From the NCBI GenBank assembly GCA_028534125.1, contig CM052849.1, positions 496,001 to 560,000 of the forward strand: DNA of 64,000 nucleotides. Reading direction: 5' to 3'. Shown in pieces: positions 22,548 to 35,200 of the stretch. Within the stretch, counting starts at the first letter, position 1. The number at the start of each line of letters is the position of its first letter. Made by a program: the position numbers and the translations under genes. The stretch comes from Lama glama (lineage: Eukaryota). The notes below the pieces were generated by a model. It did not search any database, had not been told where the DNA came from, and saw nothing but the letters and a program-made list of their open reading frames with translations.

Positions 22548-25329
22548 GTCAGTGGGCCAGACTGAGGTGTCATTTATCCTGCTCTGCACTAACAGTCTGA
22601 TGGGCTGAAACAATATTTAGGCATGAAGAGGAGCCGGTGCAGACCCTGGGCTAATTAATCACCGGGAGCCGGCGGGCGGGCTGGGCGTTTGTGAGCTGCT
22701 CATGTGGTGTGGGTTTCTCTTAGACCTCGGGGAACAGCGGTCACGTCTCGTCCATCTAGAGAAAAGGCATGTAGAATCCAGGACCATGCAAGCGCGTTTG
22801 CAAAACTCAGAGGAATTTGGTCAGTAAGGAACTGATTAATCAAAAAGAAGAAAAAAAAATACCCAAAACCCGATGTAGGGAAGTCCACGGAGTCAGGCCT
22901 CTGTAGCCGCCCGCAGGCCGCCCAGGGAGGCAGGGAGGGGCGGGGCTCGGGCAGAGTGGGCGCTGTGGGCGCCTTCGCGGCACGTCTGTGCACGCCGCCC
23001 CATCCCATGGGGCCCGCAGGGACCCTGGGGCCATGTCTGGACCTGTGTTCGGGGCTCAGCCTGGCTGGGGTGGGGCGACGGAGTTGGTGGACGGCAGCCC
23101 CTTGTCCAAACCCCACTCTGGTGCAGATCCTAGGGGATGCAGTGCTGGTGTGTCCTGTCCCTGTCAGACCCCAGAGGGCAGCCTGGGTGCACCCTAGCTT
23201 TTAGGGAGGAGAGGAGCCCCCATTAGCCAGGTAGCCTCTGGAGGCTGAGACCTGACCACAGCCAGTGAAGGGAACTTCCTTGAAAGGCAGCTCTGTGAAC
23301 ACAGGTATGGTAGGGGAGCAGGGCCCCAGGTAGAAGCTTGTGGCCCTGCTCCTGGCCCCACCTGGGCTCTTGTCCCTGGAGCACTGGAGGACCGGGTCTG
23401 TAGGGGGGTCCCCTGCAGTCCAGGCTGTGCTGCAGACAGGTGGCTGCAGGGAGAGGGCATCTCTTGGGCCCCCCCATATGGGGAGGCCTTGCCCAGCCCT
23501 GGGCCCCCACAGCCAGGGAGGAGTCTCTGGGCACTTGGGTGGGGTGGGGGAGGGGGCATGGGTGAGGATCAGGACAGGCTGCAATGCTCAGCAGGCATCG
23601 CCAGCCTGGGCACCGGACAGCCGGGGCAGGGCTGTCACCGGCGGGCGAGAAGTCCTGGGAGACCAGGACAAACATTGCAGTCATGCAGGGAGACCTCTCA
23701 CTCGGCAGCTGGAGGGGCTGCTGGCTTCCTAAAACACACAGTCAGTGGGGGGACCAAGCTAGAACCAGCGCAAGTGGGTGGGGCCCTGAGGTGGGAGCAG
23801 CCCTGTGGGGTCTGGGGAGGGGGAGGGGGCACGGGAGGGAGAGGCCCCCCTCAGCAGCACACGACCCAGGAGGTGATCCAGGAGGCACTGCTCCTCCCAC
23901 CGCCCCCTGCTAGAGACATCCACGCCCCCAGAGACCCTGACAGACACCTTCAGGTGGTGGAGCACTGGCCTCAAGGAGGAAGCCTCGGGGCCTTGACGCC
24001 CTCGGCATTTGCAGTGTCCAAGACGGCCTCGCCCATGGGCCCTTGGTGCTGCGGTGGCCCTGCAGGCTGGCCCTGGAACCACGTGGGTGAAGGTGTGCCT
24101 CACCTCACAGCCTGCTGCTCTAAGGAGCCCAAATCAATCTCCGGGCGGGCGGGCGGAGACGGGCTCCTGAGCAGAGCGTGGGTAATGGGAACCAGATGGG
24201 CCGCCGCGTGCGCATTCTTGGCACCTGATGTCATGCGCTGTGAGAGCCACTGGTGCCGGGACCCCTCCCGGAGGGTCCTGGTCCAAGACAGGCTCAGCCA
24301 GGGGCTGCAGTGGTGACCGGAGCCTTTGGCCACCGTCCTGGGGTGAACACTGGGCTGCTCACCTGCCTACGGAGATGGCTTCCCTGGAGCCCGGGGCTTG
24401 GGCGCGTCTCTGTCAGGCGCAGGTGGTGTGCAGACCTGCTTCTCCCTCCCACACTTGGGGCAGGGTCCATGGCCTTGAACCAGGGCTGTTTTACAGCCAG
24501 CAGTGTTTTTAAGCCTTTGAATAATAATGGGCCCCCACCCCAGCCAGCCTAGGCTGGGAGTCGGACAACCACACTATCCCCACCACACTCCTAGTCGGCC
24601 GAGCGTCCCCTCGTTCCCGCTGCGTGGCTACTGCCATCCCCTCGCTGGCCCTCCCGGGGGCCTCCCTCTAAAGTGTCAGCAGCAGGACACGGGTCCAGTG
24701 AGAGGGAGACCACGGGACTCTGGGCTGAGGAGCTGTGGGCATGACCCACCCACTGGACTTCTCAGGACATGGTGGAAGGGCAGCAGCCATGGCCATGAAT
24801 GGGCACTGACCAGCCCAGGTCCCCATGACAGGCCTTGTGCCTTGATGCCACAGCACTTCCGGGAGGGGCTGCAAGGTGGGAGCACGTGAGTCCCATCCTC
24901 TGTCCTCGTGGGTGGTACTGGGCATCTCTGCCCTGTGCCCGAGTTGGCCACGTGAGGACCACGGCTCGGGCTCCACTGAAGCTCGCGCACGGTTCCTGGG
25001 GCCCCCGGCGCTCATCTGCAGACTGCAGGTTTGGAAGCAGCCCTTGTCTCCCTGGGAGACGTCCCCACGGTTAACACCCAGTGAGAGTTGAGGGCTGTGG
25101 GCTGTTCCTGTGACCTGACCCTGGGCCCAGACTCTGCCGGGAGAGGGCAGTCGAAGGCTGGCAGAGAGCACAGGACACGCGGGGCCGCTGGCGGCCACAG
25201 TGGACGTTGGAGGAGGAGGGCCGGGTGCTGAACAGCGGTGGCTGGAAGGGCAGGAGGTTGGGCATGAGATGCGGGGCAGGCATGGAGGTGGCTGGACAGG
25301 TTGCTGCTGCGGATGCTGCCCACATGCGG

Positions 25330-28100
25330 GTCACACTGACCTTCCTCAGTTTTTTGTGATGACCGTTTGGATTTCTGTGTCTGCAGGCTGGTCCCTTTTT
25401 GCTCCTGAGCAGCCTGTGTTTGTTATCTGTAAGCATCCCTTTCTGTTGCACCATTTCCCTCCATCTTCCTCTCCCTCTGCCGAGTCTCTTGGCCTCCATA
25501 TGCTGCTCTGACCCGGTGGGGCATGTGCAGCAGCGAAGGCTGGCTGCATCTGGGACCCTTCCTCACACTCAGTTCCGGGCAGCCCTGGTTCAGTCTGTTC
25601 TCTGACTGCAGAGCTGATTAGAGTGTTTGTGTTTCCAAATGTTTGATTCTGCCCGCATTACTTTCTACTTCTCAGTTTCTCACTTGATCCTCTGCGTTTG
25701 GGGAATGAGTTCTGAGTGGTGTCCGCTCTCTGAAGTGTGGAAGCCAGGAGGCTTTCCAAAGTGTCCCGCGTGTTTCTCAGTGCCCAGCGCACGGCTGCAG
25801 CCGCCTGGGTCCCGGGCCCCGGGGACACCCATGCCTTTCCCGTGTCCCACGTGCTCCCGGTCTCTGTGCGTGGACGCTGGGTGGGAATGTCTCTTCCCAG
25901 GGAATTGAACCCTTGTCTCTGGAAAGGATTTTTGCCTAAAAAGTCTGTCCTGGCAACGATTCAGGAGGCTCAGGCCAAGCTTCTCCTGGTTTTGTGCCTT
26001 TTATTTTTCCCTCTTTAGCCTTCAGTCTCCTTCTCAGGCCAGCGTCCCTCTCCCAGAGGTGGCTTCCACGTGACCTCGGCTCACGCTACTGTTTTGCTGG
26101 TGAACGCTGCCCGGGGCTGCCTCCTGCAGCCAGACAGCGGGCTCTGCGTGGCCACGGGGCCCACTGCTGGCGTCCCTCCTGGTTTGTGCAGCATCCCTGG
26201 GCCCATCCCACAAGCGTCCATTTTTGTATCTTCGTTTTCCCTTGTGATTTCTCCTTTGATCCGGTGCTTCCTTAGAAATCCACTACTTAATTCCCGCGCA
26301 TTTGTTGATTTTGTAGAGGTTGCTGATCTCAGCTCTGCTGTCAGGGCTGGCGGTCCGGCAAGGCCACGTCAGGCCTGGCCCTGCTGTCCGTGGACGGGCT
26401 CTCAGCTGCCGGACCGGGGCTGTCGGTCTGCGAGGGCGGGTCCCAGCGTCCTTTCCCGTCGGTCAGCCTCGTGCTTCATCCGGACTGAGCAGCTTCAGGA
26501 ACTTGGTTGCCCTGACCCTGGGAACGCAGCACTCAGGTGTCCCCACTGTGTCCCGCTGGGCGGCCCCGCCAGTTGGCCTTTCCATGCTGTGTCTGCACAC
26601 GAGGCTGTGTCTGCACATGGGGCTGTCCTGGTGCCTGCCCCCTCTGTTACCTCACAGGAGGCTTCCGTCTTTGCAGCTGACCTGTAGGTTAGTTTCTGTG
26701 CTGGCGTCAGTTCGGCCTTGGGGGTTTCTACGTGTGTGGATGCCCCGGTGCTCCAGCACCGTTTGTTGGAGAGACTCTTTGCTCCTGTGTCAGAGATGGT
26801 GTACACAGGGGCCTGTTTCCGGGCTGTCTGTCCGTCGCCGATGCCCAGCGCCTTCATTCCTCTGACTTCCTAGCACGTCTCGGAGTCAGTGTTGACGTCC
26901 GTCCGGACTCGACTTTTCTCCTTCCACATTCAGTTGACTGTTTAGGGTCTGTGCTTTTTTATAATTTCCATTTCTCTGCTCGTAGCTCCTATATGTTCCC
27001 TCATCACGACAATGTTTTGGTCATTATTTGAACGTTTCTTTTCATTGTCTGGAAGGGACGTTTAACTGCTGCTGCAAAGTCCTGGTCCGACAGGCTCTGC
27101 ACCTGTGCCATTCTGGGCCCCTTGCTGTTGCTGCTCTTCCCTTGACGACAGGTCCTCTCCTCCCACTTCTCCGCGTGCCTGGTAACTTTTGTTTGTGTGA
27201 ACGACACAAGGTGGAGAGGGTTCTGTTGATCGGCTCTGCAGAGGGATCTCTCTTGTTCCCATGGGCTGTTCACCTGCTTTGTCGGGGCAGCTGGGGGCCC
27301 AGGGTCCTCCCCCGGCTCCTGTGATGGGGTGGGACGCTCTTTCCAAACTCTGCCTGCCCTTCAGGCTTGTGAGGCCTGGTCTCCAGCTTTGTCACGGTGG
27401 TGAGAGTAGACCCCAGCCACAGTGTGATCACTCTCTTGGGGCGTGGCCACGTGTGCTCCAGGAAGAGCTTCTGGGATGCTTCCCTGATTTCTTATGTGTT
27501 CAGAAATGCTGGTCTGTTGTTCTCAGACCTGAGCGACAGTTTGGCTGGATATAAAATTTCTGGGCCTCCCCCGAGCCTTGTGGGCGTCATCTCCCACCTG
27601 GCACAGACTTGGCCACGGGACATCAGCCCAACCCTTGCCCTGGTGCTTGACTCCATCTGGTTGCCTGGCTCCTGGGAGCACGTCTTCTGCTTGGAGTCCA
27701 GCAATGTTACTAAGCACACCTTCCCTCTGACCGTTCCAGAGCCTGGATCCACAGCTTCAGTTTCCAGGAGCGAGAGTTGACTCCCTAATTCAGTGAAGGT
27801 CTTCCAGTTGCCACGGCTGTTTCTGGGTGCTTTGCTCACTTTGGGTCACTCTTGCCTTTGCTGTCTTGTCTGATCCCCCACGTCTTGAGTGTTTCCTCCA
27901 CTTCCCTTAGCAGCGCGCTGCCCCACAGTCAGGCTGCCCGCTATGTGTCTGCCCTTCAGTTCTAGTTGTATGGACGTAGTTGATTCACCAACTTTTTTTT
28001 TTTGCTGATGTATGGCAAAAGTGCCCGGTGAGTGTCCTGTTGCTTCCAAGAACAGCGACCCTCTTTTTCCCCACATCTCTTTCTTCCTGTTCTCTTGCGT
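25330..28100 (-). mobile_element. Highly diverged, GC-shifted L1 relic in the last GNB1L intron
   Basis: ccagcaccgtttgttggagagact, acagtttggctggatataaaatttctggg and ccttgtgatttctcctttgatcc match antisense L1 landmarks. Confidence 0.6.
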
Positions 28101-29180
28101 TGTCTTTGTAGACGCGAACGACTCTCCCTAGAGGCAGCCGTGTTACCAGCCTGGGTTATTGGACCCTTTAATCAATAGAAGCTGATGAGCGGCTGGACGA
28201 GACATGCATGGAGGCTTCACTGGGACTTGTGCTGCAGCAGAGGGACCTTGCTCGGTCCCGAGGAGGGAGCTGCTCCCTTAAATGGGGTGGGGGTGGGGGC
28301 AGATCAGGGGTCTGGCCACCCCCTCGGTGGGGCCGTGGGCAGGGACCGTGCACAGGACCTGCCTCTGGTCCTCGCACCCAGAGGTGGCACTTACGTTTTG
28401 GCCTCTGTGTATCCGCTCACAATTTGGCCCAGCTGTGCGTGTGTGCAGTTATCTTTAGTCCCTTATGGTCCCTTTGTGCTGTGTTGTCCTGGTGTAAGCA
28501 CTGCAGCCCAGGGTCCCAGGTGCCACCTGTCTCACTATGGCCCCATCAGGAGGTGAATTTGGAGAGAAAGGGGAGTTTCTGCAGGCTCACAGGCGACTTT
28601 GGGGCAGAAGAGCTCCTGGTGCCTGGGGCTGGGCCGAGGCAGGAAGGGTGGAAGGACGTGGCCAGTTGGGTTGTCGTGATGAAGGGGCAGAGGTGCCAAG
28701 TGGCCCCCGTGGCACACACAGTCCTGGAACCAAGAGTGGCCGGACCAGAGGGGCTGCGGGAAGGCGTGTGGGGAGGCCCAGCCCCGCTGAGAGCTCATGT
28801 GGACAGATGTGCCTGCAGTGCCCTGTGACATGGCCCTGCCCCTCTCAGAACCTGGCCCAGGCCTCCTGTGGCCAGTCGCCCGCCCACTCCTGCGTGTCCC
28901 ACCCTGGGCAGCCTTCACTGTCACTCCCACCTATGCTGCCGGTGGGGTCTGCATCCTCTTACCCGCCTTGGCTGTGCTGAGATTTCTGCACCGACTTCGT
29001 GCTGCTGTGCCGCCTGGACGCCGGGGGGCAGTATTTCCATGGGGTGGGTCCCAGGACCCTGCCCATGAGGTCTTTCCTATCTCAGCCTAAGGGTCTGGCC
29101 AAGGGCAGAGGTCTCTGGCTCCAGACAGCCTGTCCTGGGAAGCCCCCTAACGATCCTCCCCACCACTCTCTCGATCACAG

Positions 29181-29432
29181 GTGCACAGAACTCACCAGCT
29201 CACCAACCCTGGGGTCGCCGACGTCAGGATCCGGCCAGACCGTAGGCTCCTGGCCACCGCGGGCTGGGACCATCGCATCCGTGTGTTTCACTGGCGGACG
29301 ATGAAGCCGCTGGCCGTGCTGGCCTTCCACAGCGCCGCTGTTCACTGCCTGGCCTTCGCCACGGATGGCCTGCTGGCCGCGGGCTCCGGGGATCAGCGCA
29401 TCAGTGTGTGGTCGCTCTACCCGCGCATGTGA
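29181..29432 (+). CDS. GNB1L: GNB1L last coding exon (VHRTHQLTNPG...ATAGWDHRIRVF...SVWSLYPRM*)
   Basis: Acceptor cacag|G; TGA at 29430-29432. Spliced total 122+126+163+99+216+252=978 nt = 325 aa plus stop. Confidence 0.97.
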   Translation: MHRTHQLTNPGVADVRIRPDRRLLATAGWDHRIRVFHWRTMKPLAVLAFHSAAVHCLAFATDGLLAAGSGDQRISVWSLYPRM

Positions 29433-29614
29433 CATGCTGACAGCAGGGAGGTGGGTGCGCAGATCACGAGGGCTCCATTATGGGAAGAGCCAACATCCTT
29501 CTGGCTTGACACTTGCTTCTTTGGGTATGGGACAGTGACTGCGATTTAAAGTGTAACTGGGCTGGACACCAGGCACCTGTAGCCCAGGTCAAAGGCCGAC
29601 TGGGGGCGCCTGAC

Positions 29615-29620
29615 AATAAA
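29615..29620 (+). terminator. GNB1L: GNB1L polyadenylation signal AATAAA
   Basis: First canonical hexamer ~180 nt after the stop codon. Confidence 0.7.
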
Positions 29621-32600
29621 CTCTGTTTGCAAACCTGCAGGCTTGAGGTACGAATTCTCCAGGGTGACCCCCTGGTTCCCTTGGGGTCAGAGCCCAGAGC
29701 CATCCTCAGAACCTCCACTAGGTAGGGTGGTCGGGCCCTCCAGCAAGGACACTAGGCATGGTGCCCAGGTCCTGGGCTCCCCACCCCAAGGATGGCCAGG
29801 AGCTCCTGTATCACAGGGCTGGGGGTGGCAGATGCCAACAGGCTTGGGGCTGAGCTGGATCAGTGGGAGGGAGGAGGTGCTGCCCCCCAGAGTGAAGTCA
29901 GGGGACACAAGAGGCCATCCCAGGGCAGCTTCTGGGCATAAAGCACCAGCTCAAGGGAGACTGGTGGGCACCCAAGGGCACCATCACAACCACGCATGGG
30001 GCAGCCGCTGGCTCCTATGTGGGGCCAGGCCAGAAGTCAGGGCAGCTACTCTTAAAGCTGGGCTGTTGATAGGAAGGAGGGGACCCTGGAAGTTGACATG
30101 GGGGCTGTGGGGGGCCCCTGACGAGGCTGGGAGAGCCCCCAGGTGCCCTGCCTGAAGTCAGCCCCTCTCAGGCCGGAGGACCCTGTGGGATGCTCAGGAT
30201 CCCACCCCGCTTTGCCTGAGGGAGTGGAGCCCTCAGTGTGTGTGCCCCAGGAGGGCTGCTGCTCCCCAGGGAATCTGGGTTACACGTGCGTGTCTGAGTG
30301 GCAAGATATTGAATCCACTGGAGCAGTCCCCCTGCTGGAGGGTCTGGCCTCTAGGTCCTGCTCGGGGGTGACGGGCTCTGAGGTTTGGTTGGTTGATTGA
30401 AGCAGGGGCCACGGGCTGGGACCCCAGTGCGATTGACATGCCAGCACCGTGTGTTGCTGAGAGGGTGCAGTCTGGGTGGGGGTGCTGGAAGGACTTACCC
30501 CGCAACGCCAGCTCGTCCTCTGCAGGGGCTCCAGGGGACATGCCTTCCCCGCAGCTGCAAGGGGCACCCACATCCTTGGAAAGCTCTGTGATCACTCTTC
30601 CCTGAAGGTCGGAAGCTTCACTGGGAACAGGGAACCCGGGCTAGCAGGACCTCATGGTGGACAGTGGGGTCCAGGGCTGTAGGTGTGGGCTAGTGACCCT
30701 GTATCCTAGGAAAGGGGCTGACTGGCGGCTGCTGAGCCCTGGCTGGTCCATGTGCACGGAACAGGCGTCTGACCCCGGCCACCCAGACAGGCAGGTATCT
30801 GCCCCTCGGTCAGACCCCGGCATCCGCCGTGTGAGCTGTTATCGCCTGAGCTCCCCACAGCCCCTTCCCTCCCCGGGGGCTGTGCGCTGTCCCGGCAGAC
30901 AGACAGACCTTACTGCTGGCCTGCTGGACAGAGGTCCTGCTGGGTGTCCTCCATCACCTCTAGGAAGGGCCATGCCAGCCCCTGTGTGTTCTATACCCAT
31001 GGCCAGGCCACCAGGATGTGGGGGAACATCACTAGTGTCAGAAAGGAGGGCAGCTCTGTTTAGGCAGCAGCAGCTGGAACCTCGTCAGACATAGACAAGG
31101 AGGCGTGTGCGGGGTGTCTTCCGGGCACCACATTCCACTCAGGACACCGCCCTCCACTTTCTCCATGTGAGGTGCCGTTTGCTGACATGCTGGAGGCCAT
31201 GCTCATCTCCGGAGGAAGACCTGCCCAACCTGCCCCACTGGGCTCCCACATGTGCCCCCGACCCCCAGCAAAGCGTGATGTCCTGGCCAGCGTCCCTCTG
31301 TGGGAGCCTGTCCTGGAGACGGGACCAGAGGTGACGGCAGCCACAGCAGCTGCTAAACTGCAAGGGACTCTGTCTCAGAACCTGCCTGGCTTCACTGTAG
31401 CACAGCCATGAACCGCAGGGAGACTGGTGCCGACGTCCATCCTCACTGCTGCTCTCCGGAGGGGGCTGCTTGGCAGGGAAGGGGGCTGAGCCCCGTCAGT
31501 CCTTCTGCAGGTCCTTCCGCAGCTGTGGCCCTGAGCCACCAGGCGCCAGGCAGTGCCCTGGCTGAGGATGGGGTACCCCTGCCCGTTTGTGTCTGTGTGG
31601 TCAGCTTGGCTGTCCTTTGGCAGAATCACTGAATTTATAAAAGCAGCCATGGAAGCGTGCGCCTGGGATGAGGGACAGGGCAGCACAAGAGCGTGAGGAG
31701 CATGAGGGCCAGTGATGCCCCAGAGAGTGGGGGCTGCTGCGTCTCTTCTCCAAGGATGACCAGCACTCCAGCAGACTTGGACGCAGACTGGAGTCGTCTG
31801 GATCTGGCCCCACCTGTGTCAGAGGCACCCACAGGGCTGACCCCGTGCTGGGCTCTGGGCTTCCGCCAAGGCCACGTGCTGTGGCCGGTGTCCCGGGGTG
31901 CCTTGTGGCCGAATCTCCGTGTGTGGGCACAGGTCTGGCTGTGACAGCCCCATCAGCCCTGTGTGCCTGACACAGCCCTCAGACCTCGAGCCCGCGGGCT
32001 GTGGGCCGGGTTCAGGCGCAGGCAGGCTCCTCAGCCTCCAGGCCTGTGGGCGCCAGGCGGAGGGCGCCCACTACCCTGGAACCATCATGAGGCCCCAACT
32101 TACATGGCAGCAGATCGCCAAGGACCTGCCCAGCCTCAAACCCCAACAGCTCAATAAGAAACAGGGCCCCGCTGGATGCCCAGCCCAGCCCAGGAGGATG
32201 CTGCATGTGGGCAAAACCCCGGGTTGTCCTGGTCATATCCACAGCCGAGTCCTTCCCCAGAGCTGCCCCATGCAGGAGGCCGGCCACCTGTGGGACCCAC
32301 GCGGGCAGGATGGGTCTCCAGCATCCTGTCCATCCGAGTGGGCTCAGAGTGGCCCGGCCTCCGCCAACAGGAGCCTCCTGGCGCCGTGTGCACCCTCAGG
32401 GCCATGCCTCCAACACCCTGGATGGCTGCTTCTGTTCCTTCCCACGCAGCGGAAATCACAGCAGCCCCAGCGGCTGCTGCGAGGTGAGTGGGGTGCGGCG
32501 GAGGGCAGCCCGCCAGGGCTTCACCCGCAGCAGGGAGTCCCCCAGGCCCGACAGGGCTGCAGAGGCTGCTCTGGGCGCCTGCAGCTGGGGCGGAGAGTGG

Positions 32601-34249
32601 GCACCTCTTGTTCTCGTTTCACCACAATACAAAGGACCCCCCTCAGATGTTCCCCCACAGGCAGTAAAACCTGTCAAGTCAGGTGCAGGCGTTGCTCCTC
32701 CATCGGTAAACGGACACTAGTGAGCTGGCTCCTGCCAGGCCTCCTGCCCCCTCTTTAGGCATGTGGGCACGGGGTAGGGCGCTGCTCACGAGGGCACCTT
32801 CAGGGGGCCCTCAGCATGGCGGACTTGGAGTCATTCTTCCATGGGGGAACTGAGGGCTCGGCCAGTGAGCCAGGTGGGCGCCTGGAGCCTTCCTTACTGG
32901 TACTGGCAGGAGGGCATAAACCCCACCTCCTAATGCGGGAGTTAGCAAGAGTGCAGCCTTCATAAAGTGAGACCCCAGACCTGCGGACAGAGCCAGGGTG
33001 GGGACTGCGTGCCCAGTCCTCCTCCCGTCCGCAGGTGGAGCGCCCTGCCGCCCTCTCCCTCCAGCTACGCACGCCCCTCCTTCAGCCCTGCTCTCCAAGG
33101 ACGTTTCTCATCCCAGCCTGTCAGGACCGCCGTCCATGTGAAGCCAGAGCCCCTCATCCCAGGGGAGATGCCAAGGGTCAGACTGAAGATGACCAGGAGG
33201 GACAGGGCTGTGGTTCAGAGCTCCTGACCCTGTGGGGAGGCTTTTTCTGGGCCGGGGGCAGCCCCTGTGAGAAGTCACCAGGCCCTCATGGGCTGGGTGG
33301 GGCCCAAGCTGAGCTCCCACGACCTTGTCGGCTGCCGCCTGCCCGGGGCCCCACCAAGGACTCACTGCAGGAGGGGAGAAGCGGCTCCCTGGGTCCCATT
33401 AGAACGCGTTCACATGTAAGTTAGTCTTGTCCTTCTCTTAAATATTTGGAAGTGTTTCTAAAGAATTTACAAACAACGTGTAAGTGTTGGGGAAATTTTG
33501 GTGTATTACGTCCATAAGTTGTGATTTAGTAACTGAGTTACAATTGGCTGTGGAGGGAATTCTCACTACATGACGTACGCTTTGTGGATCTTGAGAATTT
33601 ACTGAACAATTGACATTGTGTTTATTTTGGAAATTTCAAGCACAGACCTAAAGGAGGGGAAACGGCAGCCCTGGAGCCAGCGTGCGGCTTCAACCTGACC
33701 CTTCGACGTGAAGCAGCGGCCTCCCAGGCTCCAGGTATCAGGTGAGCTCCTGGACGCCCAGCCCGGAACAGGGGTGCCAGCCCAGAAGGGGGCACCAGCC
33801 CAGCAGCCGGGCCTGGAGGAGTCCTCTCTGAACGTGTGTCTGCTCGTGGGCCAGATGGAGCCCAGGGTGCTGAGACAGATGCTCAGCTGGCCAGGAGGGG
33901 CGAGGAGGAGGGACCAGCAAAAGCCCGGGTTCCCAGGGTCAGGGTCAGGATGGGCAGACTTTCCTGGTAGTTCTGGCAGTGCCCACCGGGGTCCGTGAAA
34001 GCTCACTCCTATCCCAGCAGGCATCTTCTGTCCCACCAGTTGGACTGGCCAGGCACACTGGCCACTTCTGGGGGTCTGGACCCCACACCCAGACTCTAGC
34101 TGGGGGCCAGACTGCCTGTCTCACGGGGAGCCGGGTCCCCAGGCCCAAGGGGACTCGGCCTGGTGGCAGCACAGTGGGAGGGCAGCCCCCTCGGGAGGGC
34201 GCTCACCCATCCAGCTGCCGCCCAGCCACGTGCCAGGCCGCGCCAAGGC

Positions 34250-34421
34250 TCAGCGCAGTTGGGCCGCCCCGAGGGCTGACCCTGACCATGACCCTGTAAC
34301 GTCTGCCCTGATGAGTCTGTGTCGTGGGCGCCCTGTGCCTCCACCCACAGCATGACAGCAAAGGTGTCTCCAGATGCTGCCGGAGGCCTCTGGGGACAAA
34401 ACTGCCACGCGAAACACCGCA
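34250..34421 (-). mobile_element. MER20-like hAT DNA transposon remnant
   Basis: tgacagcaaaggtgtctccagatgctgcc...tggggacaaaactgcc resembles the reverse complement of the recalled MER20 terminus. Confidence 0.55.
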
Positions 34422-34499
34422 GGTTTAGAGGCAGGTGAGGACCGACTTCATCAAGTCAAGATGAACAGCATGGTTTTTGCAGACTCTGGATGGTCCCAG

Positions 34500-35200
34500 G
34501 GTTTTAGTTGTTAAATAGACATAAATGCGTTACAAACCATCCCATCTTAACCACCTTTAAGTGCACGGCGTAGCGGCATTAAGTACATTCACACTGTTGT
34601 GCAGCCGCCACCACCAGAACTTTTCATCCTTCCCAGCTGACACTATCTCCACCAACCATTAACCCCACTCCCTCCCCCGGCCCCACCCCCACCGTCCGAC
34701 TGTGTGAATCTGACAACTCCAGGGACCTCACATAAGTGAAATCACATAGGACTTGTCCTTTTGTGTCCGACTAATTTCCTCGAGTGTCACGGTCCATCTA
34801 TGTTGTGTGTCAGAATGTCCTTTTTATGATGCAGTAATATTCCACTGTATGGACAGACCACGTCTTTCATCCACTGATCAGCTGCTGACAGTTGTGTGTG
34901 CTGCTGTGAATGTGGGTGGGCAAGTTATCAGGTCCAGCTCCTGCTTCCGGTTCTCCAGGCTGTGCACCTACGAGTGGGATTGCAGGCTCCTGTGGGGCTT
35001 CTATGTTTAACTTTTTGAGAAAGCTCCACACTGTTTTCCGCGGCATCTCCACCATCTTTCATTCCCTCCAACAGGGCACGGGGTTTCTGTCCACCTTCCT
35101 CCAGCATCTCTTCTTTTCTGCTTGTTTGGTTTCGTTTTGGTAATAGCCATCAGTCTTAACTGGTATGGAGTGGTCTCTTGCTGTGGTTTAACTCAGGTTT
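34500..35200 (-). mobile_element. L1MB-class 3' end
   Basis: ccatcttaaccacctttaagtgcac...gcattaagtacattcacactgttgtgcagcc...acctcacataagtgaaatcaca...ctatgtttaactttttgagaaa. Confidence 0.85.

Noticed and set aside
34308-34316. Other CTGATGAG words (also near 5582 and 28183) as hammerhead cores or snoRNA C boxes
   Set aside because: No convincing flanking stems, GAAA box or box-D geometry seen.
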